From Chthonomonadales bacterium (lineage in GTDB: Bacteria > Armatimonadota > Chthonomonadetes > Chthonomonadales > Chthonomonadaceae), in the NCBI GenBank assembly GCA_038217285.1, contig JBBQPO010000098.1:1-19261 (forward strand): a stretch of DNA of 19,261 nucleotides, read 5' to 3'. Below are positions 1 to 9,100 of the stretch, piece after piece; position 1 is the stretch's first letter, and the number at the start of each line of letters is the position of its first letter. The notes under the pieces are model-generated. The model was not told the origin of the DNA. It ran no database searches and was given only the letters and a program-made list of their open reading frames with translations. The translations under genes and the position numbers were made by a program.

Positions 1-1432
1 ACTCCGCACACCGTGTGCAGGCGGACAGGAATTCCTTCTCTGGCAACGCTCCTGGAGGACGCATCGCTTTGTTGTTGCGAGGATAGCGTCGCATTTTGCC
101 TTGATAGTTATCTGCGCCAGCCTTCGCCGTAGCTCCCCATATCATTCCCGCGCCAACAGATGCAATTACTCGGCGTCTGCCGAGGTCGATATCTCCCTGT
201 CGTTCTGGTCGCGGAGCAGTGTCTTTTGGTGTGAGTCTCAAAGCCTCTTTGATTGATGCAGGAACTCGCGCCTCTATCTGAATGACGTCTGTTGGACAAA
301 TGGTTTCACAGCGGAAACATTGAATGCATTCGGCAATATTGTGTTCAGGCTTTGCGGTTGCTTTTTTATCTAAGTTTTCGTAGCAACCCATTCTGCTCTG
401 AATTTCGCACTTTTTGCAGTGGATACAGCCGTCCATCTTGATATAGTGGCGCAGCCAGGAGACGCGGGAGACCAGCGCCAGCAGACCGCCGTAGGGGCAG
501 AGGTTCCGGCACCAGAACCGCTCCTGATAGCCCGACAGCCCGATGACGCCCATAAACATGAAGAGCACGAACCAGCCGTTCCAGTACTGGCGACTGGGCA
601 TATTCATCCGCGCGACTTCGGAGCCGAGCGCGTAGTGGAAATGCGTCCCCACGGCGTCAAAGGCGGAGAGCAGGCCGTTCCAGATGTAGGCGACCGGTTG
701 CTCGATGCAGAAGGTGAAGGTGCGGGTGATGAGCGAGATGGGGTCGCCGAAGGTCAGGACATCGACGCCAAAGACCAGCGCGCCGAGTCCGACCAGCAGA
801 TAGATATACTTCCAGTTGCGGAAGCGGCGGGTGTCGCTGCGCTTCTTCGTGTAGAAGAGTCGGCCCTTGCGGAAGAGCAGCACATCCCCGATATCGATGG
901 CGGTCCCGAGCGGGCAGATCCAGCCGCAGAAAATCCGCCCGCCCCACATGGTCAACAACAGCATAAAGATGCCGGGGCCGAGCACATAGACGGGAATATG
1001 ATGCGAAGCAATGCTGTTCTTGAGCGTGTTCAGGAAGTCAAGCTCCATGAACAGGTTCTTGGGAATGCCGCCCAACTGCTGGCTCGTCGCGGTGGTCAGG
1101 AAGAAGAACACGACGAACAGCCCGAAGAGAAAGATCTGCGTGGCCCGGCGGATCAGGACGATCCGATGCGCCGACGTGTTGCCGGGCGCCTCTTTCATCC
1201 GTCGCTTCTGCTCCGCCGTGAATTTGGCGTTGGCGCTGCCGCCGTTATCGCCGAAATCCTGCGACCGGATCACACCGACATCGGCCATACGCACCGTGTC
1301 CTGCTTGCGCACGCCGAGAATATCGGTCGCCCGGACGACGTTCGGCGCAGGCTGCGAGGGCTTCTTGCTGCCACACCCGCACCCGCTGCCGCATCCCATC
1401 CCGCGCGGAAACTCCTGGGGTATATCCGCCAT
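1..1432 (-). CDS. Membrane polyferredoxin / 4Fe-4S binding protein (NapH/YccM-like membrane part plus NapG/MauM-like C-terminal part); 3' end lies beyond the window
   Basis: Translated by hand because it is absent from the ORF track (no stop in the window). ATG at 1432 with AGGAG upstream (1444-1448), open to base 1. Motifs GRIFCGWICPLG, ERFWCRNLCPYG, CIHCKKC, CIQCFRCETICP and RPPGALPEKEFLSACTRC, plus several hydrophobic segments. Confidence 0.9.
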   Translation of the reverse strand, partial: MADIPQEFPRGMGCGSGCGCGSKKPSQPAPNVVRATDILGVRKQDTVRMADVGVIRSQDFGDNGGSANAKFTAEQKRRMKEAPGNTSAHRIVLIRRATQIFLFGLFVVFFFLTTATSQQLGGIPKNLFMELDFLNTLKNSIASHHIPVYVLGPGIFMLLLTMWGGRIFCGWICPLGTAIDIGDVLLFRKGRLFYTKKRSDTRRFRNWKYIYLLVGLGALVFGVDVLTFGDPISLITRTFTFCIEQPVAYIWNGLLSAFDAVGTHFHYALGSEVARMNMPSRQYWNGWFVLFMFMGVIGLSGYQERFWCRNLCPYGGLLALVSRVSWLRHYIKMDGCIHCKKCEIQSRMGCYENLDKKATAKPEHNIAECIQCFRCETICPTDVIQIEARVPASIKEALRLTPKDTAPRPERQGDIDLGRRRVIASVGAGMIWGATAKAGADNYQGKMRRYPRNNKAMRPPGALPEKEFLSACTRCAE

Positions 1433-1479
1433 ATTACCTATTTCTCCTGTAGAAAACTATGTGCAGGTTGCCCCGCGCG

Positions 1480-2556
1480 TCAGCCCTTCGCTCCGGATAT
1501 CTCTTTTACATTCAACTGGCTGATGTCGATTTGGCCCCGGCCCAGGCTGTTGGCGAGGACGAGGTGATTGACCACATCCGGCGTGATACCCTTGACGGTC
1601 AGGAACTGACAGCAGTAGGAATCGAGCGCGACGGGGTCGATGCCGGCCAGCACCTTGTGCGGCGTCGTGACCTCCCCCGGCCCCTTCGGGCCACGGGTCT
1701 GGAGGGCGCGGGTGGCGTCGGTGACGATCAGCGTCGGCTTGATAAAGCAGTTCAGCTCGGCGATACAGTCGTGCAGGCCGTAGCGATGGTAGTCCTTGCG
1801 ATTCCAGATACAGCCCATCAGCTTCTTCATGGCGATGGTGATGACGGCGGCCTCGTGGTCTTTCACGACAGGATTGACGATGAAGCAGTCGGCCTCCATG
1901 ATCTCGCGGGGGATATGCTGGTCGATCTGGTTGAAATGGTGGCGCGGATCGTAGGGCTTGCCGGCCGGAGTGCCGTCGGGAATGAACTTCGGCACGGCGG
2001 AGGGAATATCGACGGCCTTATAGAGAGAGACTTCGGTCGGCGAGAGCAGTTGGGCTTTGGTACCCTGCACCGCTTTGTTCGCGCCGCAGATCTCGAAGGC
2101 CATCTTCCAGTCGTCGAGGGTGTAGTCGATACAGGTGATCTTGGAGGCGCCCGCGCGCTCACAGAGTTGTACCAGACGCCGCAAAACGTCGGGATGGGTG
2201 GCGGCGGCCTGCTCCGGCGTGCGCATCCAGCCCATGTTCGGGGTGATGACGACGCGGTCGCCCTTCTTCACGAACTTCTCGATGCCACCCAGTTCGTTGA
2301 TGGCCCGCTCGGTGATGTCCCCGTAGGACTGCGGGTTGCCTTCGACGCAGACGATGTCCGGCGTGGTGGCGCTGGCTTTGACGGGCGCGCGCAGGTTACG
2401 CGGCCTGTCGAACGTGTCTTTCTGCAGCCAGGTCAGCCCGTACAGACCGCCGAGCAGGGCGGTTCCGCCCGCGACCTCCAGAAACTTGCGGCGGGAAGCG
2501 GCTGTCTCCGAAGGGTCGGAAACCTTGCCGGTTGTGTTGGTTGTAGGATCTGCCAT
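1480..2556 (-). CDS. DUF362 domain protein with twin-arginine (Tat) signal; putative Fe-S/redox protein
   Basis: N-terminal SRRKFLEVAGG followed by a hydrophobic stretch. DUF362-type motifs LGGIEKFVKKGDRVVITPN, ATHPDV, NPVVKDH..ITIAMKKLMG and DPVALD. GAGGAG RBS 5 nt before the ATG. Confidence 0.88.
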   Translation of the reverse strand: MADPTTNTTGKVSDPSETAASRRKFLEVAGGTALLGGLYGLTWLQKDTFDRPRNLRAPVKASATTPDIVCVEGNPQSYGDITERAINELGGIEKFVKKGDRVVITPNMGWMRTPEQAAATHPDVLRRLVQLCERAGASKITCIDYTLDDWKMAFEICGANKAVQGTKAQLLSPTEVSLYKAVDIPSAVPKFIPDGTPAGKPYDPRHHFNQIDQHIPREIMEADCFIVNPVVKDHEAAVITIAMKKLMGCIWNRKDYHRYGLHDCIAELNCFIKPTLIVTDATRALQTRGPKGPGEVTTPHKVLAGIDPVALDSYCCQFLTVKGITPDVVNHLVLANSLGRGQIDISQLNVKEISGAKG

Positions 2557-2587
2557 GGTTGCTCCTCGTTTCTCGGAACGGGCCGGA

Positions 2588-3538
2588 CTATTTCGCGTGG
2601 GCGACTGCCGCTTTGACGATGGGCAGCGCGGCGGCCTGACTGGTGGCTTTGCGCATCCCGATGAGATACTTACCGCTCAGGGCCGCGACGACCTGACCGG
2701 AGAATTTGGTCTTGAGGCCGATCGCGCTCTCGCCCAGACCTTTAATGTCGGCGGCCTTCGCGCCCAGAGCGGCGGTGGCCGGCGCGGAGAGGTAGGTATG
2801 GTACTTCGTGTACGCCTGCTTGGCGGCGGCGGGCGAGGCGTAGATCGCGATAAAGAGTTCCGCCTGCTGGCCCGCGCTCGGATACTTCCCGGTAACGCCG
2901 TTGTTGATATACGACTGCCCGGCGATGTCGGAGCGCTGATACTGGTTGCTCAGCGGCTTGTAGCCCGGCGGCAGGAGCTTCATGATGGCGGGCAGGTCGG
3001 TCGAACCGGTCAGCTTGGCGGCGATCGCCTGCGCCAGTTTCGGCATCTGCGGCTGGAACGGCCCAGGATTACTGGCCGTGATAGCCATCTTCACGTAGTA
3101 CGGCCCCTTCCAGAAGTTGAACGCGGTCGGCTCCACATAGCCTTCCGCCCCGACCTTGACGATCTTAGCGTTGTCGCTGCGCTGATGGCTGTAGTAGCCG
3201 AACGCGTCCTGGGGCGTATTCATCTCATAGATGTCTACGGTCAGCAGTTGTGTGCCGGTTCCGGTAGGCGAGTACTCCGCGTAGGTGCAGGACTTGAAAC
3301 CGTACTGCTTGACGGCCTGCGCTTCGCCGTCGATGTGGTTCTCCAGTGTGCCTGGATTGAACAGTTGCGGCGACGTGGGGGAGTGAACCATCTTGAGGTT
3401 TCCCGACGTCGCCGGCAGCGCCGCTTTGGCATCGGCGGACGCCTGTCGGCCCGCGCCCGCGAGGGCCATCAGACACGCCAGCGTGAGCAGGGAACGAAAA
3501 GGCCGTGAACGCGGGTTCACAATAGCACGAAAGAGCAT
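2588..3538 (-). CDS. Secreted DUF6599-like protein
   Basis: Signal-peptide-like N-terminus (RSLLTLACLMALAGAG..ASA). Motifs TLENHIDGEA..YGF, VDIYEM..DAFGYYS and FWKGPYYV. Start moved from the track's GTG at 3547 to ATG at 3538 because AGGAG lies 8 nt upstream of that ATG. Same strand as, and upstream of, the DUF362 and 4Fe-4S genes. Confidence 0.75.
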   Translation of the reverse strand: MLFRAIVNPRSRPFRSLLTLACLMALAGAGRQASADAKAALPATSGNLKMVHSPTSPQLFNPGTLENHIDGEAQAVKQYGFKSCTYAEYSPTGTGTQLLTVDIYEMNTPQDAFGYYSHQRSDNAKIVKVGAEGYVEPTAFNFWKGPYYVKMAITASNPGPFQPQMPKLAQAIAAKLTGSTDLPAIMKLLPPGYKPLSNQYQRSDIAGQSYINNGVTGKYPSAGQQAELFIAIYASPAAAKQAYTKYHTYLSAPATAALGAKAADIKGLGESAIGLKTKFSGQVVAALSGKYLIGMRKATSQAAALPIVKAAVAHAK

Positions 3539-3621
3539 TCGGATCACTCCTGAAATTTTGTTTGTAGGGCGCTTTGGCCCTAGAGACAGACAAGCATCGG
3601 TTCGGGAGCGGCCAAACCGTT

Positions 3622-3650
3622 TTCCCGTCCGACGAAAATATCTCTATACT
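3622..3650 (+). promoter_or_regulatory. Possible sigma70-type promoter for the plus-strand glycosidase locus
   Basis: TATACT at 3645-3650 in an AT-richer patch of the divergent intergenic region. The -35 position 17 nt upstream (TTCCCG) is a poor match. Confidence 0.25.
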
Positions 3651-3841
3651 ATGAGGACGCGCCTCACAGAATGAAGTTCACATCTATAGACGACGTACGG
3701 CCCCGGATGTTGCAGTCAGATACGCCGCCGATAGTCGCGATTCCTCCCTCGGGCGCCTCGCTTGGCACTTTGCACGGCCGTAACTTGCGCCCATGAACGT
3801 TCCGTACGCAGGTTTTCCAAGTCGGAGCCGATGGAACCTGC

Positions 3842-6067
3842 ATGTGGAACGGCGCGTTCGATGCGATCCTGGGGTTCGATCTGGGAAAAATAGTTAATGT
3901 GCGGGGCATCTATGTCTGGAACTATAACGAGGGAGGAGGCTGGAATACACGCAGCGTGAAGGAGGTCGAAATCAGCGCCTCGGTGGACAACCAGAGCTTT
4001 ATACCGGTCGGGAAATTTACGCTGAAACAGGCGCCCGGAAGGGACGATGATCCGGGGGAAGCCGTTTCGTTTGCAAAGGTAGTCCGAGCGCGCTGGTTTC
4101 GATGGAGAATCCTGTCGAACTATCGGGGCGGTGAGATGTCGGGTCTGGCCGAAGTACGCTTCGCGAATGCTGACTTAAAGGCAGTGGTCACGCTGCCACC
4201 AGTTTGGAAGCCGACCTACCCGCGCCCGACGCATCCCAGGCTGGCGCTCGGTCAGCCCCTACCCGGCGCCGAGAACATTGCATTCCCGGCCGCGTCCGGC
4301 GTCGTCGATGTCACCAAGGCGCCTTACCGGGCAAAGGGAGACGGCAAAACCGACGACACCCACGCCCTGCAGCAGGCGCTGGCCGACAACACGGACCGGG
4401 GCGCAATTCTCTATTTTCCAAACGGGATCTACCGTGTCTCCGATACCCTGCGCTGGGGTGGCGATGAAGGGCGGCAGCGGAACACGATTTTTTGGGGACA
4501 GAGCCGGGCAGGAGCGGTGCTGCAGTTGATGGACCACTGTACTGGATTTCAGAACCCACGCAAACCAAAGGGCGTTGTGTATACCGGGCATAAACCGGCG
4601 CAGCGTTTTGGCAACGAACTGCACACGCTGACGATCGATACAGGCGTCAGCAATCCGGGCGCGGAGGGAATACAGTTTATCGCCAATAACCAGGGCGGCG
4701 TTTACGACGTCACGATCGTTTCGGGCGATGGGCAGGGCGTCAACGGTCTGGATCTGGGCTACACCGACGAGCAGGGTCCCTGCCTGATTAAAAACGTCCG
4801 GGTACAGGGCTTCGATGTCGGCGTTTCTGTCTCAACGTCGGTTGCCAGCGAAACCCTGGAACACATCGTCGTAGAACATCAGAATAGATACGGTTTTCGA
4901 AACGATGGGCAGCCGTGTACGGTGCGCGACCTTCATAGTATCAACGCGGTTCCTGCATTCCGGGCGGGGGGCGTTTTTACCACGCTGGTGGACTGCCGGT
5001 TTGAGGGAGTAAAAGGCGCAGAGAACAGAGACGCGCTGGAAGTGGAAGGCCCGACGTTTTGCCGGAACCTGAAGACGTCGGGGTATCACGCGGCGATCAG
5101 CAGTCGTGTCGCCGGCAACACCAGGACCCTCACCGGTCCCAATGTTCCCCTGTACCTCAGTAAGCCAGCCGCCGGTCTCTCAGGATCTGCCACCGGCAGC
5201 CTGAATCTGCCTGTGAAAGAGACGCCCAAAGTCGCCTGGGACGCTCCGAAGACGTGGGCGGGTGTGCAGCAGTACGGTGCGCGCCCCGACAGCGAAGCGG
5301 ACGCCAGCGAGGCCCTCCAGGAAGCCATCGACAGCGGCGCGACCACGGTCTATCTGCTGCGCGGCGCTTACCGTATCGGGAAGACCGTCGTCCTGCGAGG
5401 CAATGTCCGGCGTCTCATTGGCTGCAAGGCCAATTTGATCCCGATTGCGCCCTTGACCGGGCAGAACGCGCCTCTCTTTCGGTTTGCGGACGGCATGGCG
5501 CCGGTCGTCGTGGTGGAAGGCATCAATACGGATTTCAGCGGCGGCCCCTATTTCTTCCTGGAGCACGACTCCAAACGAACCCTCGTCATGCGGCGTCTCG
5601 CGATCAACTTCCAGGCGGCGGAAGCGTATCGAACGGGACCAGGCGGGACCGGTGACGTCTATATCGAAGATGTCGTCGGGCGCTATTTCCACTTTCACCA
5701 GCAGCATCTCTGGGCGCGGCAGTTCAATCCGGAGGGCGACGGGATTCATGTGGAAAACGACGGCGGGACCGCCTGGATCCTGGGATTGAAGACGGAAGGC
5801 GGCGGCCCACTGCTGCTTGCGAAAAATGGAAGTACCACGGAACTGCTGGGCGGCTTCAGCTATTCGGTCGGCGATACGCTCCGGGCTCCGATGTTCGTCA
5901 TTGAGAATTCGCGCGTCGCCCTCAGTTTTGCTGAAGTCTGCTACAGCGGCCAGCCGTTTCCGATCATCATCCATGAAACGCGCGGTGGCGCGGTGCGGGA
6001 GATCAAACAAGACGATCCGCTATGGCGCGGAAGCTTCACGCTGTTTCATTCCGGCGGACCGGAATGA
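3842..6067 (+). CDS. Beta-helix glycoside hydrolase/lyase-like protein (two Pectate_lyase_3-type starts, GH55/GH28-related) with an N-terminal discoidin/DUF4457-like domain
   Basis: 741-aa ORF. VVDVTKAPYRAKGDGKTDDTHALQQAL..LYFPNGIYRVSDTL and a second copy YGARPDSEADASEALQEAIDSG..VYLLRGAYRIGKTV. N-terminal FDLG..IYVWNYNE..GLAEVRF. True start is uncertain. Confidence 0.8.
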   Translation: MWNGAFDAILGFDLGKIVNVRGIYVWNYNEGGGWNTRSVKEVEISASVDNQSFIPVGKFTLKQAPGRDDDPGEAVSFAKVVRARWFRWRILSNYRGGEMSGLAEVRFANADLKAVVTLPPVWKPTYPRPTHPRLALGQPLPGAENIAFPAASGVVDVTKAPYRAKGDGKTDDTHALQQALADNTDRGAILYFPNGIYRVSDTLRWGGDEGRQRNTIFWGQSRAGAVLQLMDHCTGFQNPRKPKGVVYTGHKPAQRFGNELHTLTIDTGVSNPGAEGIQFIANNQGGVYDVTIVSGDGQGVNGLDLGYTDEQGPCLIKNVRVQGFDVGVSVSTSVASETLEHIVVEHQNRYGFRNDGQPCTVRDLHSINAVPAFRAGGVFTTLVDCRFEGVKGAENRDALEVEGPTFCRNLKTSGYHAAISSRVAGNTRTLTGPNVPLYLSKPAAGLSGSATGSLNLPVKETPKVAWDAPKTWAGVQQYGARPDSEADASEALQEAIDSGATTVYLLRGAYRIGKTVVLRGNVRRLIGCKANLIPIAPLTGQNAPLFRFADGMAPVVVVEGINTDFSGGPYFFLEHDSKRTLVMRRLAINFQAAEAYRTGPGGTGDVYIEDVVGRYFHFHQQHLWARQFNPEGDGIHVENDGGTAWILGLKTEGGGPLLLAKNGSTTELLGGFSYSVGDTLRAPMFVIENSRVALSFAEVCYSGQPFPIIIHETRGGAVREIKQDDPLWRGSFTLFHSGGPE

Positions 6068-6169
6068 ACGTGCGGCCCATTCCCGTGAGCCATCGCATGG
6101 AACAACTCGGTATCCATCTGCGGATTCCCAAAAGGCGCTTGCCACAGTTCTGCGTAGGGCGGCCAGAAG

Positions 6170-9100
6170 TCAGACAGAGTAGGGTTCTTCGGGACTCCGG
6201 TCTGCTGTGCGAATTTGCGGTGGCACGGCCGGGCGCGCATTCGGATCTTCCATGACAGTTTCTGTTCGGAGTCGCCGATAGGCCTCCGAGGCCATCCACG
6301 ATGTCACGATCTTCTGGAATGGTGTATCGTTCATAAAGCGTACAAAGATCTCTTCATTTTGGTCGATACGCTCGGCGAATAAGCGTTCGAGCAAGTTGCG
6401 GAAGACAAGTTCGAATTTGTCGCCTGGATTAACTGCGGCGGCCTGCTGCAACTCAACATCGGCCATGGCCGCTTCGACTATCTGATCGAAGAATAGCTGA
6501 TCTGCCTGGTTGAAGTCGGTACCGAACCGCTCGTTGACCAGGTCGATCAATAGGGAGAGGCGAACGGGCTGCTCCCGAACGATGCCGCTGCCGACCTCGG
6601 TGGGGCCATCGAGGCGCTGTGCATCGCCGTCTTGCAGGGAGATGGACCCTTCGCTGATCTTCTGCAAACGGTAGTACTCCAGCCGCACATCGTCATCGAA
6701 CTGGTAGGCGGGTCCGCTTTTGCGCCGGGGCAGCTTCGGCCCGAGATGGCGGAGAAAAATGTATAAGCGCTCAAGGTCGGAGTCCTGATATGGAATCACC
6801 TGACTAAGAAACGCATAGAGGTTCAGAAACGCCTGGGCATTACCGCGCCAGAGTTCCGCCTCTTCCTCGGCGTCCTTTTGGCGTTCCATGAAACGCGACA
6901 CTGCCGGATCGAGAGCAACGTTCATGGCTTGATGGTCCATAGCGCTCTGCCGCTGCTTGGGCTTGAAATACACGGCGCAGAAGCGATCGACCTCTTCGTC
7001 CAGATAGATACCGGAAGCGTCCAACTCCCCTTTGATCTGGTACATGCGGACGGGGTCTACTTCCTCTCCCATCTCCGCACCCTCGTAGTAAGTCTTAAAG
7101 GCGGAGCGTATCTCATCGCGGTCGTTTACGAAGTCCAGGACGAACGTGTCTTCCTTAAACGGGTGAATCCGGTTCAAGCGCGACAGGGTTTGAACCGCCT
7201 GGATGCCAGCGAGCCGCCTATCCACGAACATCGTATGCAGCAGCGGTTGATCGAAGCCGGTCTGATATTTCTCCGCGACGAGGAGAACCTGATAATCCTC
7301 GGAAGCAAACCTCTCCGGAAGCTCCTTCTCGGAAATCCCGAGGTTCATCTCGACTTCTGTGTAGGTAACGTCCCTCAACTTGTCGTCCTGAACCGTCCCC
7401 GAGAATGCTACCAGCGACCGGATGGCATAGCCCTTCGTGCGGATGTACCGATCAAAGTACTGCTTATAGCGTACAGCTTCTAACCGAGAGCCGGTTACCA
7501 CCATTGCTTTGGCGCGTCCGCCGATTTTGTGTCGTGTGACCGCCTGGAAGTGTTCTACCATGATCTCGGTCTTTTGCGCGATGTTATGCGGGTGCAGCTT
7601 CATGAATCGCGCGAGCGCCTGCGCCGCCTTCTTGCGCTCAACGTTTGGGTCTTCCTCACAGGCCTTTAGGAGCTTGTAATAGGTCGCATACGTCGTGTAG
7701 TTTTTCAGGACGTCGAGAATGAACCCTTCCTCGATGGCCTGGCGCATGGTATAGAGGTGAGCAGGCTGCTTACTTCGGCCAAAAACTGCGAGCGTTTTGT
7801 ACTTGGGAGTGGCTGTAAAGGCGAAGAAACTCAGGTTCGCCTGCCGTCCTCGCTTGGCCATGCTGCGAAAGAGCTCCTCGAGGTTTTCGCGACCTTCCTC
7901 GACTGCGCGCTTCTTTGCCTGTTCCAGCAGTCGTTCGCCCCCGAGAACCTCTTTGAGATCGGTCGCAGTCTCACCGCCCTGTGAACTGTGCGCCTCATCA
8001 ATGATAACGGCGCAGCGCCGGGTAGCGAGTATCCCCGTCCCATCTGTTCCGCGCTCCTCCGCCATCTTAAGGAGTTGGCGCGAGACGAAAGGAAACTTTT
8101 GAAGCGTTGTGATGATCACGGGCACAGCGTTCTCAAGTGCTTCCGCGAGTTGCCGCGAACTCTCGTCGATCCGCTGTACGACGCCGCGCTTGTGCTCGAA
8201 CTGGTAGATCGTGTCTTGAAGCTGCTGGTCAAGAACCACGCGGTCGGTGACTACGATCACACTGTCGAAGACTCGCCGATTGCTCGCGTCGTGCAGCGAT
8301 GCCAGTCGATGCGTCAGCCAACCGATGGTGTTGCTCTTCCCGCTTCCCGCCGAGTGCTCTACGAGATAGTTATGTCCTACGCCTTCGCAGCGGGCGGCGT
8401 CGACCAGCTTGCGCACCGCTTGGAGTTGGTGGTAACGCGGAAAAATCATGGACTCCGCCTTGACCTTGCGCCCCAACTCATCGCGCTTCTCATCGATTTG
8501 AAGATGAATGAAGCGGGAGAGAAGATCGAGCAGGCTGTCCCGCTGCAGTACCTCTTCCCAAAGATAGGCGGTGCGGTAGGTCCGGCCAGCCGGGTCAGCC
8601 GGATTTCCCGCCCCTCCTTCGCATCCCTTGTTGAACGGAAGAAAGTGTGTCGCCGTGCCCGCCAGTCGGGTCGTCATCAATACCGACTCGGTGTCCACTG
8701 CGAAGTGTACCAGTGTGCGGCGCTTGAACTCGAAAATTGGCTCGCGTGGATCGCGGTCCTTCCGATACTGTCTGCGTGCGTCTTCAACCCATTGCCCGGT
8801 AAGGGGGTTCTTCAGTTCCAATGTGACTACAGGGATGCCATTGAGGGTCAGGGTGATATCGATAGACTTTTCGGAACGTGGCGAAAAATGCAACTGTCGG
8901 ATCAGTCCGAGACAGTTCGCGGCGTAACGGGCTTCCAACTCCGGATTCAACTCGTGCGCCGCTTTGAAGTAGGCTGCATGCAGCGTCCGCCCGTAACATT
9001 TGAAGCCGTGACGCAGGGTCGCGAGCGAGCCGTTGGCGTCCATCCACTTGCACAGGTCACCGAGAATTTGCTCGCCGGTCTTATCGCCGTGCAGCGCCTC

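Noticed and set aside
419-3508. Long plus-strand ORFs 419-1567, 1459-2616 and 2336-3508
   Set aside because: Antisense shadows of high-GC3 minus-strand genes that carry clear family motifs; the shadow translations have no recognisable motifs.
3560-3670. Short hairpins in the divergent intergenic region as a riboswitch
   Set aside because: Stems of 5-9 bp are expected at this GC content and I recognise no riboswitch consensus.
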